Assembly (NCBI RefSeq): GCF_963921235.1
Contig: NC_086097.1
Location: forward strand, 203,238,001-203,302,000
Direction of reading: 5' to 3'
Length of the DNA stretch: 64,000 nucleotides
DNA from: Mobula hypostoma
Taxonomy: Eukaryota
Position numbers and translations under genes: made by a program. The notes under the pieces are model-generated. The model was not told the origin of the DNA. It saw only the letters and a program-made list of their open reading frames with translations, and ran no database searches. This document shows positions 13,301 through 25,700 of this stretch, in pieces; the stretch's first letter is position 1; every line of letters starts with the position of its first letter.

Positions 13301-16300
13301 CTGGAACTTAGTTGAGATTTCCGTATGAATCAGGTCTTTAACAAAGCCCATAATTTCTGTACGAATCATCTCCCTAACAGAGGTTGAAATTTCCCTCTGA
13401 ATTAACTCCGATATCGCTTTCAAAGTCACCGGTGATTCAGTCGGAGGGAGATCCGTAGCTTTCGGTTTAACCGGAGGTTTACCATCCTTGCCGTCTTTCC
13501 CGTTCTTAGACATAGCCGATCTCAGTATCATCCAATTGTCAGAGAATTCAGTTTAATTCAAAGTATTGTAAAAATTGATGCCTTAATAGTTAATTAAAGT
13601 ATAGCTGACCATAGAGAGAAAAAACTCAGAGGTAATGGAGCGAGTCAAGAACGCGACTTCACTCCATGAGCGCTACCGGAAGTCCATGACTCACTTTCAA
13701 GGACTCTTTGTCTCATGTTCTCGATATTTATTGCTTATTTATTATTTTCTGTCTTTCTACATTTGCGCAATTTGTTGTCTATTGCAAACTGGTAGAAAGC
13801 CCAAGTTGGTGCCGTCTTTTATTGGTTCTTTTAAGGTTATTATTCTATTATGGATTTATTGAGTATGCCTTATATGTACAATAATTTTTTTCAAACTTTG
13901 GTCTTATGGTCTAAAATTCTGCGTATATCTCGATAGGTTTATTTAAATGATAGCACAAAATCTCTTACCTTGATTTCATTGGCATGTGGTCTAACAGCCT
14001 TTTTAATCTTTTCAACAAATGCAGTAACTAACTTCAAAACTTCTTCTCTACAGTCTCGAAACTAAAAAATCAAAACAAAACAGATTTTCTTAGAATGACA
14101 AATAATAGTTTACAAAACCAATAAAACATTGAAATAATCAATTAGGCTTGCCTCAGTTCATGTTACTCTCACCTGAGGCAGTGGGTTCAAGATCAGTTCA
14201 TGCACTTTTATGTTGCTTGAAATTCCAGCATCAGCAGATTTCCTCGTGTTTGAGTTCATGCACATATTTGTTTTCCATTACTCAAGGGAAATTGGGATCA
14301 TTCTGGAAACTGTTTTCCAATGAGTCTCACTAGAGAGGATTATTAGGGGCAGGATTTAGGAGCACTTGGAAAACCATTGCTGAATTAGGTAAGTCAGCAT
14401 GACTTTGTGCCTGGAAATCATCTCTTACTAACTTGGTTAAGTTTTTCGAGATGATGAAGTGATTGAGAATGTTGCCTACTTGGATTTTAGAAAGGCATTT
14501 GACACAGTCTCTCATGGGAGGTTCATTCAGAATATTAAGCTGCATGGGATCCAAGGTGAAATGGCTGTTTGCATTCAGGATTGGCTTGCCTATAGTAGAC
14601 AGAGTGTGGTGGTTGAAGGGACTTTTCCTGACTAGAGGACTGTGAATAATGGTATTCTGCAGGAATTAATATTGCCACTGTTGCTACTTGTGATTGTATA
14701 TATGCATAAAACCCAGATGAAAATGTAGATGGGATGATGATGTGAAGATATGTTGATGTTGGGTCTGCTAAAAGGCACAGAGGATTATAGATCAGTTGTA
14801 GATGTGGTTACAGAAATGGCAGATGAGAGTTTAACGTGACCAAGTGTGGCACTTTGGAAGATTAAGTGTAAAGGGCCAATACACAGTTAATAGTAAGATC
14901 CTCAATAGCGATGATGTGCAGAGGGATCTTGAGGTCCAAGACCTTAGTTTCCTGAAAGTGGCTACACAGGTTGATAGGGGTGATTATAAAAAAAAGTCAC
15001 ATTAGATGTGCTTGCTTTTATTAGTCAAGGAAATCAGTTCACAAGTCAGGAAGTTATGTTGCAGACTGTGGTAGTATAGTGGTTAGTGGGATGCTATTAC
15101 AGCCCGTGGCGTTCCGGAGTTCAATTCCACACGGTTCTGTAAGGAGTCTCTGCACGTCCTCCCAGTGGAATGTGTGGGCTTTCCCCAGGTGCTCTGGTTA
15201 CCTCCCACAGTCTAACGATGTACCGGTTAGGTTAATTGGTCATTGTAACTTGTCCTGTGATTAGGTAGGGAGTAATCAAGGCTTCGGAGACGAGGGTGCA
15301 GAAGAGACTTACCTGATTGCTGTCTGGATTAGAGGGGAAACGTTATAAGGAGAGCTTGGACAAATTTGTTTTTCTTTTGGTAGGGGTTGAGAGATCTGAT
15401 AGAAGCTTATAAAATTAAGAGAGGCATAGACAGAATAATCTGCCAGTAAGTTTTTCTTGGGGTTGAAATGGCTAATACCAAAGGCATGCGTTTAGGTGAG
15501 GGGGTTCAGTTCAAAGGAGATGTGTGGGATAAGTTTTTATTTCTACACAGAGAGTTTAAGTGCCTGGGATAGTCCCGGTGGCAAATAAGATAGTGGTTTT
15601 TGAGAAGCTCATAGATAGGCACATGATGTAGGAAGAAGGGATTAGCTTAGTTAGGCATTTAGTAACTAATTTAATTAGTCTGGCACAATATTGTGGACTG
15701 AAAGACCTGTTAAATATTCTTTGTAATAGACTGACATATCAGTGCTGTACTGAGGGTTACTCTGTTGAAGATCCTGCCTTCTAGATTAAATATTATATTA
15801 AAGATTTAACTATTCTCTCAAGTGGATATAAAAGATCTCAGGGTACTACTTTGAAGAAGAGTAAATTAGTTTTATTAAAAGAGCAAAAGAAAGAAACAGT
15901 TTTGCTCTTCAAAGTAGTGCCCTGAGATTTTTTTTATTTCTAACAGAGGGAATAGATAAGTTTTTGATATAGTATTTCATCCAAAAGGGAGGACCTTCAA
16001 TAGATTAAAATTCCTACAATACTAGTACGCCAGTCTAGATTACAGAACATTGCACAGAGTCTGCTCATTTCTCCTTACCATCAATTTACTCTTTTCCAAA
16101 CCCATTTTGGCTAAATTGGCTATTTCATTTGCCACGTTATAATAGGAACCATGTTTCATTAACAGTGCTGTGCTCTGGACTATCCTGTGGTTGTGAAAAA
16201 CAGCAGGATAACTTACAGGACTAATTACAGATATAGCTAGAGAAATAGCAGATGGGATTTCACCTGGGCAAATGCATGGTGTTGCACATTGGGAAGTCAA

Positions 16301-19300
16301 ATACAAGGGAAAGGCATAAATTTAACAGTAGGACTCTTAAAAGCACTGATGTGCAGAAGGATCTTAGGCTCTTGTCCATTGATCCCTAAAAGTGGCAATT
16401 CCTGTAGAGAAGAGTGGTAATGAAGGTTTGCCATTATACTGTGTGGACTAGTGGATATCAACCATCAAGAAAGGTTGAACAAACTTAAGATTGTCTTCTC
16501 TGGAGTTTCAGAGACTGAGGGGAGACCTGATAGAAGTTTAGAAAATTATGAGAGGCATAGATAGGGCAGACAGTCAAAAAATTTTTCCCAGAGTATGAAT
16601 GGCAAATGCAAAAGGGCATAGCCTTAGGACAAAAGGGAGAACATTTAAAGAAGATGTACAGGGCAAGTTTTTTCCCCCCACAATGAGAGCTGAAGGTGCC
16701 TGAAATGTGCTTCCGGGGATGGTGGTGGAAGCAGACATAATAATGCTGTTTAAGAGTCTTTTAGATAAGCACATGAAAATGCAGGAGTGGAGAGACATGG
16801 ATCACATCCGGCAAAAGGGATCAGTTTAATTTGGCATCCTGCTTGACACAGACATTGTGCGCCAAGCTGCCTGTTCCTCTACGTTAAACACATCACACAT
16901 CAGAAACTGCGGAATTAAACATCTTGGCATGAAAAAACATTAAATGAATGGTGAGGGATTGCATAGCTCTGGGATACAAAGTCTTCAGGGTACCCTAATG
17001 CTTGATTCCCAAATAGCTAGCTTGTAAGAATTGCAAGAAGTTATGAAAGCTAACAGAATGTTTTGCATATTGTGAGAAGCTCTCAATTTGAAAGTAAGGA
17101 GGTCATGCTTCAGTTACATATGGCATTGATGAGGCAAGACCTGGAATGTGGTACATTGTACTGGTCTCATTATAAGTACAGTATATTAATCAAAGGAAAC
17201 AATTCAGAGAAAGCTTACTCGAGTGACACATGAAGTGGTTGGGTTGCTTATGGACAGGTGTGGCTTGTATGCTCTGGATTCAAGAGAGAGGGTGGAGTTG
17301 ATTGAAGCAGAAAGGTCCTGAGGGTTTTGAACAGCACGGATGTACTGAGGATGTTTCCTCTAGTAGAAGGTTCCAGAACTAGTGGTCACCGTGTAAAAAA
17401 TAAATGGTCACTCGTTTGAGTGTAACATGAGGCAATTCCCTTGCTCAAAGAGCAGTGAAGCAGACTTTGAATGTTTCGAAAGCAGAGGTGGATAGTTACT
17501 TGATAAGCAAGGAATGAAAAGTTATCACAAGAAGGGAGGACACAGTCACAATCTGATCGATCACAATCTCACTGAATTGGCTGTGGCCTACTCCTACTAC
17601 TAATCATTTGCTGATATGTACACAAAGAAATGTAGACTGGCTCTCATGGAAAACTTACATCTTCATTGCCAAGTGAGTTGCGAAGGAAGATCAGTAATCC
17701 TTGATCCTTGGAGAATATCAAAGAGGTGTGCAGAGCTGCATATAAACAACAGAAAAGGGAAAATAAACTATACAAGGAACAAAATTTGGGCCACAAAAGA
17801 CTAATACAAAAACACAACTAAATTTGAATAAAAGTAAGATCTATGGAAAAAAATGTAACGTCAAGAGCATTTTGTTATTAATACTTGTTGAATTTAATCA
17901 CTGCCCATTACAATCTGCTAAGTATTATAACAAATTAGGGTTCAAAAAGAAGATTAAACTGCCAGTGGCAGCAACAAAATCAAAGTGCAATTTATATATG
18001 CTACCTTATACTTCCTTGAGATTTATTTTCTTGCAAAACAAAAAAAAAGAATTTTTTTTCCCGTTCACAGGATATGGGCGTCACGAGCTCAGCCGGCATT
18101 TATTGCCCATCCCTAGTTGCCCTTGAGAAGGTGGTGATTAGCTTGAATCGCTGCAGTCCCTGAGATGTAGGTACACCCATTGTGCTGTTAGGAATTTACA
18201 AAAAAACATACAGGAACAAAGGTTGACAAACAACCAGTTTGCAAAAGAAGCCAAATTGTGCACAAAAAAAAAGAGAACGTAAATTGTATAGAGTCTTTGA
18301 AAGTGAGTCTGTAGCTTGTAGAATCAGTCCAGAGATGTGGTGAGAGAAGTTATCCTAGCCAGTTCAGGAGCCTGATGGTGTCCCGGAGCCTGGTTGGGCA
18401 GTTACAAACTACAGGAGTATTTACTATCACTGAGTCTTTTGGAGGAAGTGAAATTCCTTGGAACATCAAATGATTGCTTTTCTTTACCGCACCATGCTTC
18501 AAACAACCAGTGATCAAGACTTGCTTCCAACAATTCAATGTTTTTGTGAACCAATCATTATCAATGATTCAACAGCATCTTAGCATACCCAAGATGCACA
18601 CATGGAACAATGGTCACTAATTTAACATCGTAGGCCTCCCAACTCCGAACTATAAGCTCAATTCTCACATTTTCCATCTGTCTTTCATTTCAATCCTTAA
18701 TACTTAAATAAACCAGGAATATAAAACAGGTGATTCTTTTACAATCTAAAACAAATGCAACAAAATCGCATAACACAATATTACTGTACAAACAGAATTC
18801 CACACTCAAGCTGAAACAACAGTCCCTGCCATGAGGCAACACAAAGTACAAATCAATATTCCTCATTCTGAACTCCTGACTCCAGACAATGGCATGTGTA
18901 TATTCAGTGACCTTGGAGCGTTTTCAGGGGAAAGAAAGGGATATTTGAGCCACTAACTTCATTCCTTCAATGGCCAGACACACAATGTGGGAATGTGAAA
19001 TTAAAGAAGCAAAATGTGTTCACTTACATATTACCTTTAATAAAATAAACCTTTTGCACTGGTTAGCAAGAGAAACTGACTTCAACTACCTTCATGTAGC
19101 TCATGATAAATCTAATAATAGTTAGCAAAAAGGAGGGCGCTGAGATTTTTAAAGCGAGAAAATTACAGCATACTGGAAACATCAGGGAGTTTCAGGAATC
19201 AGACGGAACTTGTAGGCCCTGTTTAATGCTCATTATGTTACTGGTGGTTGGAGCAATAATGAAGGTCCTCCATCTCAGGTGGTGTTCAGGGCTTCCTTCA

Positions 19301-22300
19301 TCATGTCAGTAGCTTTCACAACCATCAGTCACACAGGTCAAGGGTGGCGACTCAGGAATACTGTCATACTCAGATGGAGAAGAATTTTTCATGGTCCTTA
19401 TCGCTGATTATTACAGCAACTTCAGGATGAGGGTCTCTTCAGGAGCAATTACATCAACCTGGCACAAGGTGGAGATCGGCATCATCACAGGGTGCACTAT
19501 CTCAGTGACACTGTTCTCCCTAGCCATGAACATGCTCACTAAGTCTGCTGAACCAGAGTGCAGAGGGCCCAGAATGAATTCCACTCAACGGCAACCACCT
19601 ATCAGGGCATTCATGGATGACCTCACAGTCACCACAGAATCAGTCCCAGGCTGCCGGTGGATTCTGCAAGGTCTCAAAAAGCTGGTGGAGTGGGCCCAGA
19701 TGCGTTTCAAACCTGCCAAATCAAGATCGATGGTGCTGAGGAAAGGGAAGGTGAAGAACAAGTTCCGGTTCAGCATCGCAGGCACAGCCATCCCAACCAT
19801 CACAGAAAAGCCAGTCAAGAGCTTAGGCAAAGTTTTTGACAGCTCTTTAAGGGACACAACATCCATTCAGGCAACCTGCACTGAGTTGGATGGCTGGCTG
19901 AAATCTGTGGACAAGTCTGGCCTACCTGGGAAGTTTAAAGCCTGGGTGTATCAGCATGGCATTCTTCCCAGAATCCTGTGGCCCCTCCTCGTCTACGCAG
20001 TTCCAATCTCGACAGTCGAAACCTTAGAGAGGAGGGTTAGCAACCACCTCAGGAGATGGCTGGGGCTGCCAAAGAGCCTGAGCAGCATCGCACTCTATGG
20101 ACACCACAACAAACTGCAACTGCCCTTCAAATCCTTGGAGGAAGAATTCAAGGTAACAAGAGCCAGAGAAGTGCTACAGTATAGGGAGTCAAGTGACCGG
20201 GTGGCTGGAGCAGGGATCCAAGTAAGTACTGGCAGGAAGTGGAGGGCAGAGGAAGCTGTTCAGGAGGCAGAGGCGAGACTGCGTCACAGGAGGCTGGTGG
20301 GAGTGGTCACACGAGGCCGAGCTGGGCTAGGATCCTTTCCAACTCCCCAAATGGGCACCAGAGGGAAGGAAAGGCGTCGTCTAGTTCAGGAGGAGGTGAG
20401 AGCAGTAGTGGAGGGGATGAGAGCCTGCAAGGCAGTGGGAATGAAGCAACAGGGAGCTTGGACAAGATGGGAGAATGCGGTTGAGAGGAAAATGACCTGG
20501 GCTGATCTTTGGAAAGCCGAACCACACCGCATCCAATTTCTCATCCAGGCAGTGTACGATGTGCTTCCAAGCCCATCAAACCTGCACACATGGGGCAAGG
20601 CAGAGTCATCTGTGTGCCCACTGTGCTCCAAGTGAGGAACTCTGGAGCACATCCTCAGCGGCTGTGCAAGGGCACTTGGTGAGGGACGGTACAGGTGGAG
20701 GCATGATCAGGTCCTGAGGACCATCGCTGAAGCTGTCAGCGCAGGAGTTGAGTGGACGAAGCGGTCCCGACCCTCCAAGCAGACCATTGCCTTTGTCAGA
20801 GCTGGGGAGCAGCCAATACCTGCCAAAAGAACATCTGCAGGCATTCTGACCTCTGCAAGGGACTGGCAGCTGTTGGTGGACCTCGAAGGGCAGCTGAAGT
20901 TTCCCAACCATATCGCAGCTACCACCCTGCAACCAGACATTGTCCTAGTGTCTGAGTCTACTAAGCAAGTGGTGCTGCTGGAGCTGACAGTCCCACGGGA
21001 AGATAGCTTGGAAGAGGCCTTCGAAAGGAAGCTCTCCAAGTACGCAGGACTGGTCAGCAAATGTCAGCAGGCTGGATGGAGAGCGAGGTGTCTCCCAGTG
21101 GAGGTTGGTTGTAGGGGATTCGTAGCCCGTTCTTTAGCATTTTGGGCATCGAGGGAGAGAGGAAGAGGAAAGCCATCCGCAGTACCACCGATGCGGCAGA
21201 GAGGGCCTCAAGATGGCTGTGGCTCAAAAGAGGGGAGCCATGGAGTCATAAGTAGCTAGCCACCTGGACACAAGCTGGGGTCTGGTCAGCCCCGGCTGGG
21301 TCACCTGGAGGAGGTTGTATGATGTTGAAAGACCCGAAACACCCGATGATTCCAGGAACATCACTGAAGATGTGTCCAGAAGTATCAATAGATGTATGTA
21401 CACAGTCCATAAGAATTTTGCTTTACCAGTCAAGAGTTCTTAACCCTGAGCTGATCTCTCGAACCTGGAGGACTGGTGGACCACCCTTAGTGTGGCCTCT
21501 ACTCTTTGACCTGTTTAGCAAGGGTGACCCTAGCAAGAGCCAAAGCATTAAACCCTGACTCCAGCCGACATAGCACTTCAGGTCATTGAGGCATGCAATC
21601 CTCCAAACCCAATGACAAGGTTGTGATCCTCTTGGGGGAGTTTTTAGTATTGAGTCAGGAATAAGTAAACGAAGTGTCCAATGTGATTGATTCAATTTTA
21701 TGAAAGAGATGGCTCATCAATAACTTAATATCCAGAAGTAGTCTGGCAATACTGGAGCAACAATGAAGTAAGTGGAGGAATAAAGGTCTGGGCAGTATAT
21801 CATCAGTGCATAAGGACTTCAAAATAAAAGACAAAGGATCAAGTCACAGGGTGCTTCACAGATGATCATCTGGAAGCAGGAACAGTAAGAAAAATATGTC
21901 TGGCGCACACTGACTATAGTAGGGCAGCTAAGCATCAAGCAACTGAGGATGAGCAGATGGCAAAGGCCAGTGAATGGAATGAGAATGCTGTGATTTATCA
22001 AGTGAAATCTGGTGTCAATAGAGCTCAGAAAGGACAATGAAGGATGTATTGAACCACCATGGTCAGGAGGTTATCAGTGATAGCATCCATAAAGGTACAC
22101 TGCATGGAGCAGGCCCTGTCACACAATTGGCGAATACAAATTGAAGTAGGTACAGAGGAGATGTCAGGAGTAAGTTTTTTTTATACAGAGAGTGGTGAGT
22201 GCGTGGAATGGGCTGCTGGCGACGGTGGTGGAGGCGGATACAATAGGGTCTTTTAAGAGACTCCTGGATAGGTAGATGAGCTCAGAAAAATAGACAGCTA

Positions 22301-22685
22301 TGGGTAACCTTAGGTAATTTCTAAGTAATACATGTTCGGCACAGGATTGTGGGCCGAAGGGCCTAAATAGTGCTGTAGGTTTTCTATGTTTCAAACCTAA
22401 GTGCCCACCTAAACTAGTCCCATTGCCCATGTTTGGCCCATATCCCTCTAAATCAAGGGTTCCCAACATGGGGGTCCATGGCACAAAAACGGTTGAGGAA
22501 CCCTGTTCTAAACAATTCCTATCCATATACCTATCCAAATGTCTCTTAAATGTTGTTATGTACCTGCCTCAATTAGTTTCTATGGCAATTTCTTCCATAC
22601 ATGCACCACCTCATCTCTCTTTTAAATCTTTCCCCTCTCACCTTAAATCTACGCTATTTCTTCATTCCCCAACCCTGCGGAAAAG

Positions 22686-22734
<49 letters not shown>

Positions 22735-25700
22735 ATGTGTGTATTCACCCTATCTATGCTTCTGTGGCGACCCATTTTCTAGCACACACGAACCGGCTCA
22801 CAACAGCGTGCGCAGGCAGAGGGCCGGCAGCAAAAAGGGTGCCAGGCCATCTTCACCAGCAGGGGGAAAATCCTGCACGCGGAAAGGGTCTGGGAATATG
22901 CATTCCCCACAGCAATCCCGCCCCAGGGAGGGTGGGAACGGGAAGGCTTTAAAGCGGGCCGCGAAGTTTGAATAAACCTCTTTCATCGCGACTCTAACTC
23001 GCCGACTCCATGTGGTTATTCTAGCGCTGTGTGTAGCACACCGCTACAATTGGTGACCCCGACGGCCCAAATGATATTTGGACCAGAGATGACCGACGCC
23101 GCATTTGTTCATGCAGTTTCGTTAAAACTGCCAAGCTTCTGGACGCTGCGACCCCATTTATGGTTCGAACAAGCAGAAGCTCAATTCCACATTCGGCAGA
23201 TAACCTCGGAATCCACTCGCTACTACTACGTGCTGAGCTCCCTTGACCAGGAGACAGCTGCACAAGTTGAGGAGTTTATACAGTCGCCCCCGGAGGACAG
23301 CAAATACACAGCATTCAAAGCCCTGCTCATAAGGACTTTCGGACTCTCACGGCGCGAACGAGCACGCCGCTTAATGCACCTGGATGGTTTGGGAGACAAG
23401 CCGCCGTCAGCATTAATGAACGAGATGCTGGCCCTGGCTGAAGGACACAAACCCTGCCTCATGTTTGAGCAGGCATTCCTAGAGCAACTGCCCGAGGACA
23501 TATGCCTGCTGCTGTCCGACGCAGATTTCAGCAACCCCCTGGGAGGTGGCGGCCCGAGCAGATGTGCTGTGGAATGCCAGGAAAGAGAGGGGGCGCCCGT
23601 CGCACAGATCACCAAGCCGCGTGCCCAACGACAGACCAGACCAGGCCTGGCAGCAGAGCCTACAAAACCCGGCGACGGGAGTGAAGAGCCCAATGAACAA
23701 CGGTGTTTCTACCCACCAGCGGTGGGGCACAGAGGCCCGCCACTGCAGACCACCCTGCAAATTCCCAGGAAACACCAGGGCCAGCCACCGCTGATGGCTA
23801 CGGCGGCTGGCCATCAGGACAGCCTCCTGTACGTCTGGGACAAGCAGTCGGGACGCCGCTTTTTGGTCGACACCAGAGCGGTGATCAGCGTGTTACCTCC
23901 AACGAGTTATGATACCCGCAACAGAGAACCGGGACCCACCCTGAGGGCCGCAAATGGCAGCATAATATGAACCTACGGCACCCACACGGTGCGGCTACAG
24001 TTCAGCTCCAGCCGGTTCACGTGGGACTTCACACTGGCCGCCGTGGCCCAACCCCTCCTGGGGGCGGATTTTCTACGAGCCCACAGCCTGCTGGTCGACC
24101 TGCAAGGGAAGCGATTAGTCCACGCCAAGACTTTTCAAACGTTCTCCCTGGGTGAAGCACAGTTGCCAGCCCCACACCTGGACTCCAACACACTGTCCGA
24201 CGACGAATTCACCAGGGCCCTGGCGGATTTCCCATCAGTACTGACACCGCAGTTCACGGCAGCCATGCCCAGACACGGAGTACAGCACCACATCCCGACC
24301 CAGGGACCACCCCTCCACGCCCGTGCTCGAAGGCTTCCCCTGGACAACCTCCGACTGGCGAAGGAGGAGTTCAAGAAGATGGAGGAATTGGGGATCATAC
24401 GACGGTCCGACAGCCCATGGGCCTCCCCCCTTCACATGGTGCCCAAGGCAACGGGGGGCTGGAGACCATGCGGTGACTACCGCAGACTGAACGAGGCTAC
24501 AACGCCAGACCGCTACCCTGTGCCGCACATTCAAGACTTCGCAGCAAACCTACACGGCGCAAGGATCTTTTCCAAGGTAGACCTCGTCCGTGGATACCAT
24601 CAAATCCCTGTACATCCGGACGACATCCCCAAAACAGCACTTATCACCCCGTTCGGACTTTTCGAATTCCTCCGAATGCCGTTTGGTCTAAAGAATGCCG
24701 CACAGACTTTCCAGCGGCTAATGGACGCGGTGGGACGCGACCTGGACTTTGCATTCATCTATTTGGACGACATCCTCATAGCAAGCAGTAGTCGGCAGGA
24801 GCATCCGTCCCACCTCCGCCAGCTCTACTCCCGCCTGAGCGAATTCGGCCTTACAATCAACCCAGCCAAATGCCAGTTCGGTCTCGATACCATCGACTTC
24901 CTGGGCCACAGGATTACTAAAGACGGGGCAACCCTGCTGCCCGCCAAGGTAGACGCGGTCCGCAACTTCCCCCAACCCAACACAATCAAAGGCCTGCAGG
25001 AATTCGTGGGTATGGTGAATTTCTACCACCGTTTCCTCCCCTCAGCAGCCCGAACCATGCGCCCCTTGTTCACTCTAATGTTGGGTAAGGGCAAGGACAT
25101 TACCTGGGACGAAGAGGCCGCAACCGCTTTCGTTAAAACCAAAGAAGCCTTGGCAAACGCCGCGATGCTAGTGCACCCCAGAACGGACGTTCCTACTGCC
25201 CTCACGGTGGACGCATCCAACACAGCGGTCGGTGGAGTGCTGGAACAACTCATCGAGGGTCGCTGGCAACCCCTGGCATTCTTCAGCAAACACCTACGAC
25301 CGCCTGAACTCAAATACAGTGCTTTCGACCGGGAGCTATTGGCACTATACCTGGCAATCCGGCATTTCAGGTACTTCTTAGAAGGTAGGCCCTTCACCGC
25401 GTTCACAGACCACAAACCGCTTACCTTTGCGTTCACTAAGGTGTCCGACCCCTGGTCGTCCCGCCAGCAGCAACATGTGTCCTACATCTCCGAGTACACG
25501 ACGGACATCCGGCATGTCTCTGGAAAGGACAACGTCGTGGCGGACGCACTATCCAGACCTACCATACAGGCCCTGTCCCAGGGGGTGGACTATACAGCGC
25601 TGGCAGAGGCACAGCAGACAGACGCTGAGATCCCCAGTTACAGGACTGCAGTCTCCGGTTTGCAGCTCCAAGACCTCCCCGTAGGCCCAGGTGAAAGGAC

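Larger units (their letters stand above)
7761..13685 (-). mobile_element. Full-length L1-clade retrotransposon (~5.9 kb) with 13-bp TSD and (GAAA)n tail
   Basis: TSD ATGACTCACTTTC at 7748-7760 and 13686-13698; ORF1, ~720-bp spacer, ORF2; AATAAA at 7793-7798 (minus strand). Confidence 0.95.

Noticed and set aside
22423..22975. Cys-Val-rich ORFs
   Set aside because: Translations of the (TG)n microsatellite and LTR
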